This document shows positions 21,241 to 30,535 of a stretch of 64,000 bases of DNA, one piece after another. The stretch comes from a virus. Lineage: Duplodnaviria > Caudoviricetes. The notes under the pieces were generated by a model. That model was not told the origin of the DNA, searched no databases, and was given only the letters and a program-made list of their open reading frames with translations. The stretch lies in the IMG/VR virus record IMGVR_UViG_3300037455_001046, positions 7,901 through 71,900 of that record, one strand, 5' to 3'. Both the position numbers and the translations under genes were made by a program. Each line of letters starts with the position of its first letter. Position 1 is the first letter of the stretch.

Positions 21241-21707
21241 AGACCATCGACACCATAGTCCTCCATTGCTCGGCCACGCGCGCCGGGATGGACGTCCGCG
21301 CCTCCGACATCGACAAGTGGCACAAGGAACGCGGCTTTGCGATGATCGGCTACAACTTCGTCATAGACCTTGACGGCACGGTGGAGGAGGGCCGCCCCCT
21401 GACAATGGACGGCGCGCACTGCATCGGCTACAACAACCACTCCATCGGCATCTGCTACATCGGCGGCCTGGACGCTTTCGGCAAGCCTTTCGACACGCGC
21501 ACCGTCGCGCAGAAGATCGCGATGCACCAGCTCGTCGGCAGACTGATGGACGAATATCCTACCATAACGCAGGTGATAGGCCACCGCGACACGTCACCCG
21601 ACCTGAACGGCGACGGCAAGATCACGCCGAACGAATGGATCAAAGCCTGTCCGTGCTTCGATGCCAGGTCGGAGTTTCCGATGTCCTATTGCTTTGCCAA
21701 CCGTTGA
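21237..21707 (+). CDS. Endolysin, N-acetylmuramoyl-L-alanine amidase (amidase_2 / T7 lysozyme-like)
   Basis: IVLHCSAT, HCIGYNNHSIGICYIGG, GHRD and KACPCFD zinc-amidase motifs. Confidence 0.92.
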   Translation: MKTIDTIVLHCSATRAGMDVRASDIDKWHKERGFAMIGYNFVIDLDGTVEEGRPLTMDGAHCIGYNNHSIGICYIGGLDAFGKPFDTRTVAQKIAMHQLVGRLMDEYPTITQVIGHRDTSPDLNGDGKITPNEWIKACPCFDARSEFPMSYCFANR

Positions 21708-21815
21708 CCATTGCAGCTCTTGCTGTTGTGTTTCGTGTGTTTTTGGTTTTTTGTATCAGTTGTGTGTGAGTGGGGACAGCGGTGAACGCTCTCCCCACAA
21801 ATTTTTGATAAAGCC

Positions 21816-22298
21816 ATGAAAGAAAAGATCATCTCAACCGTAATTGCAATCGCGGTAATCGCCGCGGCCTTCCTCGCCGGCTGGCTCGTCCGCGGCGAGA
21901 AACCCGCCCAAAACATCGTGATCACGGAGATCGTTGAGGTTCACGACACCACATTCGTTGACCGCCCTGTTTACATCAGCGAACGGGTCGTGGATACGCT
22001 CTTCTATCCCGTCCACATCTCCGACACAGTCAACATCCACACGATCGACTCCATCTACATCCCCCTGCCACGCGTCCAGCGGGAGTATGCCGACTCCACC
22101 TACCACGCCTGGGTGTCCGGCGTCGACCCCGCGCTGGACTCGCTCAATGTTTACAATCGTACACAGTACATCACCACGGTGGTGCAGAAGCCGCCGAAGC
22201 ACTGGCACGTCGGCGTGTCGGCCGGCTACGGCATCACGACGAAGGGACTCGCTCCGTACTGGGGCGTCGGCCTGTCCTACAGCCTCTTCTCCTTTTAG
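21816..22298 (+). CDS. Membrane-anchored lysis accessory protein (spanin-like)
   Basis: N-terminal TM helix, HDTTF/VDTL repeats and a C-terminal GVSAGYG...GVGLSY beta-hairpin; follows the endolysin. Confidence 0.55.
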   Translation: MKEKIISTVIAIAVIAAAFLAGWLVRGEKPAQNIVITEIVEVHDTTFVDRPVYISERVVDTLFYPVHISDTVNIHTIDSIYIPLPRVQREYADSTYHAWVSGVDPALDSLNVYNRTQYITTVVQKPPKHWHVGVSAGYGITTKGLAPYWGVGLSYSLFSF

Positions 22299-22343
22299 TT
22301 GGGAAAGATAGACCAAGAAAGCAGAGGCATTTCGGCACATTTG
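22299..22343 (+). promoter_or_regulatory. Late-promoter element copy 2 (portal)
   Basis: TTGGGAAAGATAGACC (22299-22314); CACATTTG ends 29 nt after the motif. Confidence 0.7.
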
Positions 22344-22359
22344 CCAAAAGTGCATTACT

Positions 22360-24402
22360 ATGATCAAGGCTGATCACCTCATAAGAAGAAAATCCTCGCC
22401 GGCCGACATGGACTCCGTGAAGGCGCGGCGGACTGAGCTTCGCTCCAAGGGCAAGGACCTCGACCTGCTGAAACGCTGCAACAGCATCTGGCGAAACAAC
22501 CTCGACGAATTCCGGCAGATGCGCGCCCGCGGCCACCGATTCTACGACGGCGACCAATGGGGTGACATGATCGAGGTCAACGGCAAGAAGATGACATACC
22601 GCCAGTACCTCCAGGCGACGGGCAACGTGGTCTTGCAGACGAACCAGATCAAGAACCGCGTGGACACCATCGTGGGCATCATGGTCAAGGAGAAGGGCGA
22701 GCCCGTGTGCCACGCCATAGACCGCGACGAGCAGCAGCTCGGCGAGATCGTAACGGAGGCGCTCCAGGCGAACTGCGACAAGAACGTCATCTCCGAGCTC
22801 TATATGAAATGGCTGAAGGAGATGTGCCTCGGCGGCCTCGCCGTGGCGTATGAGTCCTACGACGACACGCACGGACCCTCACGCCGCCTGGACTCCTGGA
22901 CGCAGTACATCAACCCGAACATGGTGTTCTTCGACGGCGAGGCCGTCGACCCGCGCTTCTGGGATTTCTCCATCGTCGGCCGTTTCTACTACGGCAGCTT
23001 CGAGGACATCTGCGCCCAGTTCGTGAAGTCGCCCGGCGACTACGACGTCCTCCGCCAGATCTACGCCACCAGCGCCGACAAGTTCAAGAGCGACGACCTC
23101 GAGAGCCCTGAGGAGCGTTTCGAGGACGGCAGCCTCGAGTTCGCCGAGAGCAACGACCCGAAGCGCTGTTTCGTCTGCGAGGTATGGACGAAGGAGACGC
23201 GGTCGTGCATCCGCCTCCACGACACCAACGACGGCACGGAGGAGATCATCGACGCCGACGACTATGCCTACCGCAAGGAGATCAAGGCGGAGAACGAGCG
23301 CCGCCGGCAGCTGGCCATCCAGGCCGGCTGGGGCGAGGAGGACGTGCCTTACATCGTCGGCGACGGCTACGGCAAGGACAAGGACGAGCGCAGCGGTTTC
23401 TTCATCGACACCTATTGGTACTGCCGCTTCCTGGCCCCCGACGGAACGATCCTCTGGGAGGGCGAGTCGCCGTATGCCGACCGCAGCCATCCGTTCTCGT
23501 TCTGCATTTTCTCATACATCGACGGCCGCATCGTGGGCTACTGCAACGACGCCATCGACCACAACGTCGCGATGAACCGCGCCGTCATCCTCCACGAATG
23601 GCTGGTGCGTTCACAGGCCAAGGGCGTCACGGTCGTGCCGCGGAAGCTCCTCGGCAACACCGATCCCACCGAGTTCTCGCGCTCCTGGACGGCCATCGAC
23701 GAGCTGGTGTTCGTCGACCTCGAACCCGGCGAGGAGGGCCTCATGCCGAAGCAGTTCAACGGCGTGGCGCAGACATTCGACATCGCCGGCCTGCTGGCCA
23801 CCTACCAGAGGCTGATGGACAGCGGATCGCCCGTGAACGGCGCGCTCCAGGGCGACACGCCCCACGCCGGCACGTCCGGCAGCCTGTATGCCCAGATGGC
23901 GACGAACGCGTCGACCCCCGTGGCCGCGATGATGGAGCAGTTCCGCAACTTCATCGTGACGGTGCTGAACAAGAAAATGAAGAACATCGTGAAGTTCTAC
24001 GCCCCCGAGCGTTTCCGCAGCATCGCCGGGCAGGTGGACAGCGTCACGGACATGGCCAACGTCGACCTGAACGACATCGCAGACCTGGAGTACGACCTCC
24101 GCATCCGCGAGAGTGCGAACACCCCCGTGTTCCGCGAGATGCAGGAGCAGGATCTGCTGCTCTTCCTCCAGGCCGGGTTCATCACCTTCGAGGAATACCT
24201 CGAGGCCTCCAGCAAGCCGTATGTGGACAAGATCCTCCAGAAGCGTCAGGCGCAGCAGGCGGAGATGCAGGACATGCAGCAGGGCGGGATGATGCCGCCG
24301 CAGCCGCAGGGCGGAGGCGGCATCCCCGAGAAGGCCATAGAAAGCGCCGGCCAGGATGCTCGCCCCGCGTCCCAGCTCCCCATCGGCGTCACGCCGTCCT
24401 AA
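22360..24402 (+). CDS. Portal protein
   Basis: 680 aa; RFYDGDQW...NQIKNRVDTIVG N-terminal pattern of P22/T7-like podovirus portals, with a Gln/Pro-rich C-tail; adjacent to the terminase. Confidence 0.85.
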   Translation: MIKADHLIRRKSSPADMDSVKARRTELRSKGKDLDLLKRCNSIWRNNLDEFRQMRARGHRFYDGDQWGDMIEVNGKKMTYRQYLQATGNVVLQTNQIKNRVDTIVGIMVKEKGEPVCHAIDRDEQQLGEIVTEALQANCDKNVISELYMKWLKEMCLGGLAVAYESYDDTHGPSRRLDSWTQYINPNMVFFDGEAVDPRFWDFSIVGRFYYGSFEDICAQFVKSPGDYDVLRQIYATSADKFKSDDLESPEERFEDGSLEFAESNDPKRCFVCEVWTKETRSCIRLHDTNDGTEEIIDADDYAYRKEIKAENERRRQLAIQAGWGEEDVPYIVGDGYGKDKDERSGFFIDTYWYCRFLAPDGTILWEGESPYADRSHPFSFCIFSYIDGRIVGYCNDAIDHNVAMNRAVILHEWLVRSQAKGVTVVPRKLLGNTDPTEFSRSWTAIDELVFVDLEPGEEGLMPKQFNGVAQTFDIAGLLATYQRLMDSGSPVNGALQGDTPHAGTSGSLYAQMATNASTPVAAMMEQFRNFIVTVLNKKMKNIVKFYAPERFRSIAGQVDSVTDMANVDLNDIADLEYDLRIRESANTPVFREMQEQDLLLFLQAGFITFEEYLEASSKPYVDKILQKRQAQQAEMQDMQQGGMMPPQPQGGGGIPEKAIESAGQDARPASQLPIGVTPS

Positions 24403-24800
24403 CCCAGCCGCGCCATCCGAAGGCGCTCCCTGATGAAGGCCTTGCGCCGGATCGTCATCTCATGGACTGACATCGCATCCCTTCCGAAGCGGTCTGCCGT
24501 ATGGTAGTAGCAGCCGCTCCGTAGGGAGTTCATCGTGAGAAGGCGCGCGGCCGTGCCGTAGACGTGCTTCTCGGCCTTGAACTGCGCCTTGTCGTAGGTG
24601 ACGAGCCTGTTCGGCCTGAACGAGTCCGCCGCAAGGTAGATGGTCACGCCCTCGATGCGGTGGCGCTGGTCGGCGGCGGCGACGCCCATGCGGTAGACGT
24701 GGCGAGCCCAGAGGGTCACGAACAGCGCGGCCGGCTTGCGGAATATCCTGCGGAAGAACTTGCCGATGACGGCAAGGATGTAGAGGTGTTTCGTGTTCAT
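24399..24800 (-). CDS. Hypothetical basic protein, last gene of the inverted terminase operon
   Basis: 133-aa ORF; its stop overlaps the portal stop at 24399-24402. Confidence 0.6.
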   Translation of the reverse strand: MNTKHLYILAVIGKFFRRIFRKPAALFVTLWARHVYRMGVAAADQRHRIEGVTIYLAADSFRPNRLVTYDKAQFKAEKHVYGTAARLLTMNSLRSGCYYHTADRFGRDAMSVHEMTIRRKAFIRERLRMARLG

Positions 24801-24818
24801 ATATCGTTTCGCATAAAA

Positions 24819-26927
24819 TTATAGTCTCGTCAGGTTCGAGTCGTCGCCTCGGATGACGGTGCGCCCTGAACGGCTCTCCTTCACCTCCCACGAAGGGAGC
24901 GGCATCTCCTTGTAGCATATCCACAGGCCGATGGCCCGCGACATCACGACATCGTCGTGCTTGCCATGTTCCGCATCGGTCTTCCCGTGGTCTTCCATAT
25001 AGGACGCCATCTGGTTGCAGCACAGGATGCTCGGCTCGTCCCATAGGTCGTCGCGGAGGCACTCCTTCATGAAGTTGATGATCTTTGGTTTCGTGCTGCG
25101 GTTGGTGTGGAACCCCCACTTGCTGCCGGTCTTCGTCTTGATGTCCTCCTCGGCGTTCTTCCTCATGTAGAGGTGGCCGTACAGGCCGGACACGATGTCC
25201 AGAATGTATTCGAAGGAGTCGATGCCGTTGTTGCGGTCCTCGTTCATTGACTCCATCGTGTTGCTCTCTATGACCAGCAGGGCGTTGTTGTACCACGCCG
25301 CGATCCTCATCGCGTCGTAGGCCTGGAGGTCGGGGTCTGCCTTGTAGTTCATTTCCGCCACGACGCCCGGCTTGCCGCCGAGGCCGAAGTCCGGCATCAT
25401 CAGGAGTCGGTCGATCACCGTGATGCAGGCAGGGTCCGCGCCGTCGCTCGCCCCTCTGCGCGGGTCGAGGATGACGATGTAGCGGTTCTTCACGGGCGAG
25501 TCGTCCGGCATCTCCCACACGCGCAGATTGCCCGTAGAGTTCGGGATGAACTGGATGTCCTGGAGGGCCTCCTCGCCTTTCGCGCCGGCGGCGACGAGGT
25601 CGCCGACGAACACGGGACGTCTGCACCGCTTGCTCTTCTCGTCAACCAGGAACGGGTCGAACACATGGTTGCCGGCGGTGAAGAACGCCTGCGCCGGCGT
25701 CTCGGGGGCCTCGTTGCACATCTTGGAGAACGACAGGCGCAGCCGGCGGTAGCGGTACCAGTTGATGTGTTCCAGCGTGGACCCCATCTCCCAGAGCCAG
25801 TAGTAATACTTGCCGCTGTCCTTCCATTTCCCATTTGGCACGTCCTCGTCCTTGTGGGTGACGAGCCATTCTATGAACCCGCGCAGATCCGCGATGGGCT
25901 TGTTGTCGTAGATGACGTCGCGCGAGGGCACGAACACCTGACGGTAGCCGCCCTTGCCGTCGTCGCACGACTTCCAGGTCTCCGCGAAATAGTCATCCGA
26001 GCTCTTCGCCGTGGACTCCATCACGCGCATATTGTCAGCGCCCTCCGTGATGCCGCCCTCGATGTCCGCGATGATGTCCTCCGCCTGTTTCCCTGGCGTG
26101 TCCGGCCAGAGTCCGACCTCGGAATAGTGCGCGCCGGAGATGTCCTTCGAGCGGAGGGTGTTCGGCTTCTCTGCCGTGCCGACGTAGATGTAACCCTCGA
26201 GTACCTGCCTGTTGCTCCCGTCCTTGAGCGTGAAGGCGTGACCCGTGGAGTCCGCTGGTGCGAGGTGCAGCTCCGTCTTGTCCGGCAGGCCGAGATCCCA
26301 GGACGGGTAGTCGGCGATGGTGCGCTTGAGCATCGTCAGGATCGTCTCCGACGCCGACGAGGTGTGTGCGGCGATGGCGAAGGAGTGGAACTCGTTCCAC
26401 TTGAACTGAAGCCAGCATTGGTAGAAGAAGCAGAACGTCGAGCCGCCCCACTGCCGCGCCTTGAGGATGATCAGCGATATGGGCTCGCCCAGCGCCCGCA
26501 TCTCCTCGCAGATGGCCAGCGCCATCAGCTGCGGCAGGTTGAGGGTGAACCTCACGCGCTTCTTCGCCGTCTTGTGCTTGATCCAAATGCAGAAGAACGC
26601 CCAGCACACGAAGTCGTGCTTGTGGCGTATTCGCCGTATCCGGCGCTCTATCTCCAGCGGTGACGGCTTGCCGTACTTCCATTTCTTCTTCTCGATGTAC
26701 GGCGCGATGCCCTTCGCCCGCACCACCTCCCTGACCAGCTTGTTCTTCATCATCTCGGGCGGCACCCACTGCACGGGGATGGCATAGTCCGGGATGCAGA
26801 GCTTCACGCGCTTGAGCCCCGTCAGCTCGGCCACGCCTTGGCCGGTCACGGGATCGTATTCCGCCCGCAGCCGCTCCCAGCGCCTCTCGTTCTCGGCGAT
26901 GAACTGCCTATAGATATCTTCCTGCAT
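24819..26927 (-). CDS. terL: Terminase large subunit
   Basis: Walker A IILKARQWGGST, Walker B-like SGAHYSEVGLW, RNase H nuclease motifs IVILDP and HDDVVMSRAIG. Confidence 0.92.
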   Translation of the reverse strand: MQEDIYRQFIAENERRWERLRAEYDPVTGQGVAELTGLKRVKLCIPDYAIPVQWVPPEMMKNKLVREVVRAKGIAPYIEKKKWKYGKPSPLEIERRIRRIRHKHDFVCWAFFCIWIKHKTAKKRVRFTLNLPQLMALAICEEMRALGEPISLIILKARQWGGSTFCFFYQCWLQFKWNEFHSFAIAAHTSSASETILTMLKRTIADYPSWDLGLPDKTELHLAPADSTGHAFTLKDGSNRQVLEGYIYVGTAEKPNTLRSKDISGAHYSEVGLWPDTPGKQAEDIIADIEGGITEGADNMRVMESTAKSSDDYFAETWKSCDDGKGGYRQVFVPSRDVIYDNKPIADLRGFIEWLVTHKDEDVPNGKWKDSGKYYYWLWEMGSTLEHINWYRYRRLRLSFSKMCNEAPETPAQAFFTAGNHVFDPFLVDEKSKRCRRPVFVGDLVAAGAKGEEALQDIQFIPNSTGNLRVWEMPDDSPVKNRYIVILDPRRGASDGADPACITVIDRLLMMPDFGLGGKPGVVAEMNYKADPDLQAYDAMRIAAWYNNALLVIESNTMESMNEDRNNGIDSFEYILDIVSGLYGHLYMRKNAEEDIKTKTGSKWGFHTNRSTKPKIINFMKECLRDDLWDEPSILCCNQMASYMEDHGKTDAEHGKHDDVVMSRAIGLWICYKEMPLPSWEVKESRSGRTVIRGDDSNLTRL

Positions 26928-27396
26928 CGCTCTTTATGCCTTGCCACCAGCGGCCGACGGCCGCGCCGCCCATCCCCAGGAGGAAGGCGGCGACGTGCGT
27001 GGTGGCGCTGAAACGGGGGATGAAGACCATCGCCACGGTCACGGCGAGGAACACCCACACCACGGGCTGCCGCCACCAGGGCGAGGACAGGGGCGGGGTG
27101 CGTAGACCCAGCACGGCGTAGAGGATGTTCGAGAATCCGATCACGGGGCGGAAGGAGAGGGGATAGACCGCTATGGCAATAATATAAGGAATGACAAAAT
27201 CCCTGCAAGCCTTGCAGCGGCCGGGGCGGTAGATGCTCCAGATGGCGACGCTGTTCACGGCGAGGTGCCGCCAGTTCGCGTGGAAGAACGAGTACAGCAG
27301 GGCGCGGTCCCAGTAGCCGCCCGTGGTCAGGATCTCGGGGATGCCGACGGCGGCCTGGATGACGGCGAAGGCCACGATGAGGATCAGTCGTACCAT
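26908..27396 (-). CDS. Rhomboid-like intramembrane serine protease (162 aa)
   Basis: Start at the ATG (27396) overlapping the upstream stop. Several TM helices; FFHANWRHLAVN (HxxxxHxxxN), GFS (candidate catalytic Ser) and THVAAFLLG (candidate catalytic His). Confidence 0.72.
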   Translation of the reverse strand: MVRLILIVAFAVIQAAVGIPEILTTGGYWDRALLYSFFHANWRHLAVNSVAIWSIYRPGRCKACRDFVIPYIIAIAVYPLSFRPVIGFSNILYAVLGLRTPPLSSPWWRQPVVWVFLAVTVAMVFIPRFSATTHVAAFLLGMGGAAVGRWWQGIKSDAGRYL

Positions 27397-27800
27397 CCCA
27401 GCCTCCTCCTGCGGCGTTTCATCTCGCCCCGCAGCATCTTTCGCGCTCCGTCCGTGGAGATGTAGAACTCGGGGGCGGGGCGGTCCACCAGCAGCTCCAT
27501 GATCCGCTCGCGGGAGAGCGACGTGCCTGGGTTCTCCTCGAGGAAGCGCAGGTAGTCCGCATAGAGCTGGCGCACCATCCGGCGCTGCGATTCGTGGCAC
27601 TCGGACAGCGTCGAGCCGGCGATCATCTTGCCGACGAGGAGGGATGCGGACTTGGATGATATGAAGAAACAGGGGGCCGGCTGGCGCGCACACCACGACG
27701 CCGCGCCGAACATCGAGTCGAAGCGGCCCTCCTTCAGTCCTCTCTTGTAAACGGAATAGAGCGCCTCCGCCTTCTTCCGCGTAAGCCCGTTGTCTCTCAA
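27384..27800 (-). CDS. Hypothetical protein, first gene of the terminase operon (possible regulator or small terminase)
   Basis: Probable TTG start at 27800; internal duplication QPAPCFFIS / RPAPEFYIS; basic C-terminus. Confidence 0.55.
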   Translation of the reverse strand: MRDNGLTRKKAEALYSVYKRGLKEGRFDSMFGAASWCARQPAPCFFISSKSASLLVGKMIAGSTLSECHESQRRMVRQLYADYLRFLEENPGTSLSRERIMELLVDRPAPEFYISTDGARKMLRGEMKRRRRRLGWYD

Positions 27801-27827
27801 GGCAGTGAAGAAGGTGGTCGCAGTCCG

Positions 27828-27838
27828 TTGCGAATATA
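27828..27838 (-). promoter_or_regulatory. Leftward -7 box for the terminase operon
   Basis: Minus-strand TATATTCGCAA, identical to the 11-mer at 61282-61292 downstream of late element copy 4. Confidence 0.5.
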
Positions 27839-27866
27839 CGAAAAAAAGTTGAATGGAGGGGCTCCT

Positions 27867-27912
27867 TTGGGAAAGATAGACCAAAATGCACAAGTCAAAG
27901 AAATAATTTTGA
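27867..27912 (+). promoter_or_regulatory. Late-promoter element copy 3 (scaffold/capsid operon)
   Basis: TTGGGAAAGATAGACC (27867-27882); AATTTTTG ends 30 nt after the motif. Confidence 0.7.
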
Positions 27913-27942
27913 TCCGTTAAGGATTGTAAACACTTTTTCACA

Positions 27943-28713
27943 ATGGAAGAAGAGAATAAGACTCAAGCCCCTTCGCCCCGCGAGAACCTGCTCGCCAGGG
28001 CGCGTGAGCGCTTCAGCGACCGCACGTTCGACGACCTCGGCGTGGAGCAGCCCTCGGAGGGTGCCGCCGATCTTGACGAGGCCATCGACGAGATGCTGAC
28101 TGAGCTCATCAACAAGCAGACGACCTACGACGAGAAGAACGCCCGCCTCACGGAACTCCTGATGTCAGACCCTTCCGCCGCGGAGTACCTCCAGAGATGG
28201 GTGGAGACGAAAGATCCGCGCACCGCCCTCGTCGAGACTTTCGGCGACGAGCTCGGCATGAGCGAGGAGGCGCAGGCCGGTTTCCAGGGCAACCTCGAAA
28301 GCTGGCGCGAGCGCAAGGCCGCCAACGACGCCATCGAGGCGCAGGCCCAGGCCAACTGGGACGAGTCCCTCGCCGCCCTCGAGTCGTGGGGCGATGAGCG
28401 CGGACTCTCGATGGAGAACAAACGCGACATCATGCTGCACCTCCTCGGCGTCACCTACAACGGTCAGGAGAACAAGTACGGACCCGAAGAGTTCGAGATG
28501 GCGTGGCATGCGATGAACTACGACAATGATGTGGCCGCCGCCCGCGCAGAGGGTCAGGTCGCCGGACGCAACGAGCGCATCGAGGCCGCCCGCCGCGACC
28601 GCTCCGTCGCCGGTGCCATGCCGCCCGCGGCATCCGGCAGCCAGGGAGGCCGCACCCGCGAACGCCGCCCCGAGCCGGAAGGCGACATCTGGGACAACCT
28701 TTCCAAACGATAA
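27943..28713 (+). CDS. Capsid scaffolding protein
   Basis: Acidic helical 256-aa protein immediately upstream of the capsid gene. Confidence 0.65.
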   Translation: MEEENKTQAPSPRENLLARARERFSDRTFDDLGVEQPSEGAADLDEAIDEMLTELINKQTTYDEKNARLTELLMSDPSAAEYLQRWVETKDPRTALVETFGDELGMSEEAQAGFQGNLESWRERKAANDAIEAQAQANWDESLAALESWGDERGLSMENKRDIMLHLLGVTYNGQENKYGPEEFEMAWHAMNYDNDVAAARAEGQVAGRNERIEAARRDRSVAGAMPPAASGSQGGRTRERRPEPEGDIWDNLSKR

Positions 28714-28734
28714 ACCATAACATTTTGATTTAAT

Positions 28735-30465
28735 ATGAAACGGATCAATTTCTTCAAAACCCATAAGATGAGCGTCCTCTCGATGCTTCTTGTGGTGGCC
28801 GCGGTCCTGCTGGGTGCAGACCCCGGCTTTGCGATGGCTGTCGACCCCGTCGACCTGGCTGGCAACGCCAACCCGTCCACGAACCTCGACACCTATGACG
28901 CCTCTACGAACCCCGGCGGCCGTCCGGCCGACGAGACCCTCCAGACCGATGAGCAGGGTGGCAAGACCCAGCTCCAGGGCAAGGCCGCTACCGGCACCGA
29001 CGTCACCGACGCCGGCCTCGAGGCGGAAGACTACGACGACCGCGTGGACAACTTCAAGAAGTTCGCCTTCCCGATCGAGACCTACGTCGCCCGCCGCTGC
29101 CGTCCGCAGAAGGTCAACAGCTACATCCACAAGCACTACCGCACGGGTTCGACCGACCTGGTCGCCACCTACACCGGCAGCAGCTTCAACATCGTGGCCG
29201 GCCAGAACACCTCGACGACCTACATCGCATCGACGCGCATCCTGACCCTGTCGGTCTCCGACTTCGAGAACCCCGAGTGCCTGCTCGAATACTCCACCGT
29301 CGCCGTGCGTGGCGTCGAGGGCTTCAAGAAGGACGACTCCGGCAACGAGATCTCCGACGGCGAGATGATCCTCTATGTCCTGGATCACAAGGACACCAAC
29401 GACAAGGTTAAGTTCTATGTCGTGAACGCCCCGTTCAACACCACGGGCAGCGCCACCACCGTGACCTTCGCCGCGAACACCGAGCTCTACGTCATGGGTA
29501 CCGCCTGCTCCGAGTCGCAGATGAGAGTCGCCCCCGAGACCTACCTCCCGGAAGGCTTCGACCAGTATCTCCAGAAGAAGATCGAGACCGTCGTCATCAC
29601 CGACTACTTCGACGAGCAGACCAAGAAGGTCAGCCACAAGACCCAGCAGGTTCTGGACAACGCCGCCTATAACTTCAAGCGCAAGTGCGCCCGCTCCCAC
29701 TGGAACGGCACGATGGCCGCCAAGGACATCATCGTTCCCGAGACCGGCCGCGAGCGCGTGTACATGGAGAACGGCCTGCTCCGTCAGGTCAACATGCTCT
29801 ACACACACGGCAGCGAGTTCACCGACGACGACCTCCTCGCCCTCACCACGCTGATGTTCACGGACAACTCCGCCAGCGAGAAGGCCACCGCCTTCTGCGG
29901 AAAGAAAGCTATGAAGCGCTTCATCCAGCTGGTCAACAGCGCCCAGAAGTACAAGGAAGTCAGCAAGGTCACCGTGAACGACTACGGCATCCGCGTCCGC
30001 AAGTACGAAGACAACTTCGGCGAGATCGAATTCGTCTGGGACCGCACCCTCGACGACCTCGGCTATGAGGAATACATGGTCATCCTCGACCTGAGTAACG
30101 CCACCCGTTACTATATGCGTAACGACCAGAAGACGACCCGCGACATGAGCAAGACCGGCGAGGCCCGCGAGGCCAAGGAGCACAACCTCTGCCGCATCGA
30201 CTGCGTCGCGCTGAACGGCTTCAACAGCATCATCGCCTGCCCGAGCTCGATGGCCATCGCCGCCAAGAACACCGGCGGCATCCAGGCCGAGTTCCACAGC
30301 GTGAGCGCCCTGCCTACCGGCAGCGCCCTCGATGCCACGGCCAAGTCCTATCGCTACTACCTGACCGCCGACGACGAAACCTCCGGCTTCAACAAGGGAG
30401 ACGTCGTCGAATGGGATACCGACCTCGACGGCTGGGTGGAATTCGAAGGCCTCATCCGCGCCTAA
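28735..30465 (+). CDS. Major capsid protein (HK97-fold, SU10-like) with an N-terminal signal-peptide-like leader
   Basis: Follows the scaffold, precedes a strong terminator and has strongly biased codons. Segments YLQKKIETVVITD, YNFKRKCARSHWNG, MENGLLRQ and YEDNFGEIEFVWD resemble this capsid class. Confidence 0.78.
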   Translation: MKRINFFKTHKMSVLSMLLVVAAVLLGADPGFAMAVDPVDLAGNANPSTNLDTYDASTNPGGRPADETLQTDEQGGKTQLQGKAATGTDVTDAGLEAEDYDDRVDNFKKFAFPIETYVARRCRPQKVNSYIHKHYRTGSTDLVATYTGSSFNIVAGQNTSTTYIASTRILTLSVSDFENPECLLEYSTVAVRGVEGFKKDDSGNEISDGEMILYVLDHKDTNDKVKFYVVNAPFNTTGSATTVTFAANTELYVMGTACSESQMRVAPETYLPEGFDQYLQKKIETVVITDYFDEQTKKVSHKTQQVLDNAAYNFKRKCARSHWNGTMAAKDIIVPETGRERVYMENGLLRQVNMLYTHGSEFTDDDLLALTTLMFTDNSASEKATAFCGKKAMKRFIQLVNSAQKYKEVSKVTVNDYGIRVRKYEDNFGEIEFVWDRTLDDLGYEEYMVILDLSNATRYYMRNDQKTTRDMSKTGEAREAKEHNLCRIDCVALNGFNSIIACPSSMAIAAKNTGGIQAEFHSVSALPTGSALDATAKSYRYYLTADDETSGFNKGDVVEWDTDLDGWVEFEGLIRA

Positions 30466-30485
30466 GTTCCGCTGAATCCACAAGA

Positions 30486-30517
30486 GGGGGAGGGGAGGCC
30501 CCTCCCCCTTCTCTTTT
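30486..30517 (+). terminator. Intrinsic terminator after the capsid gene
   Basis: GGGGGAGGGG-AGG-CCCCTCCCCC 10-bp stem followed by TTCTCTTTT. Confidence 0.75.
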
Positions 30518-30535
30518 AACACAAACAACAATACT

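Noticed and set aside
27801-27941. N-terminal extensions given by the ORF track (27941, 45071, 15552, 20803, 61206, 51564)
   Set aside because: They run through promoter, attP or terminator sequence; downstream coupled starts are better supported.
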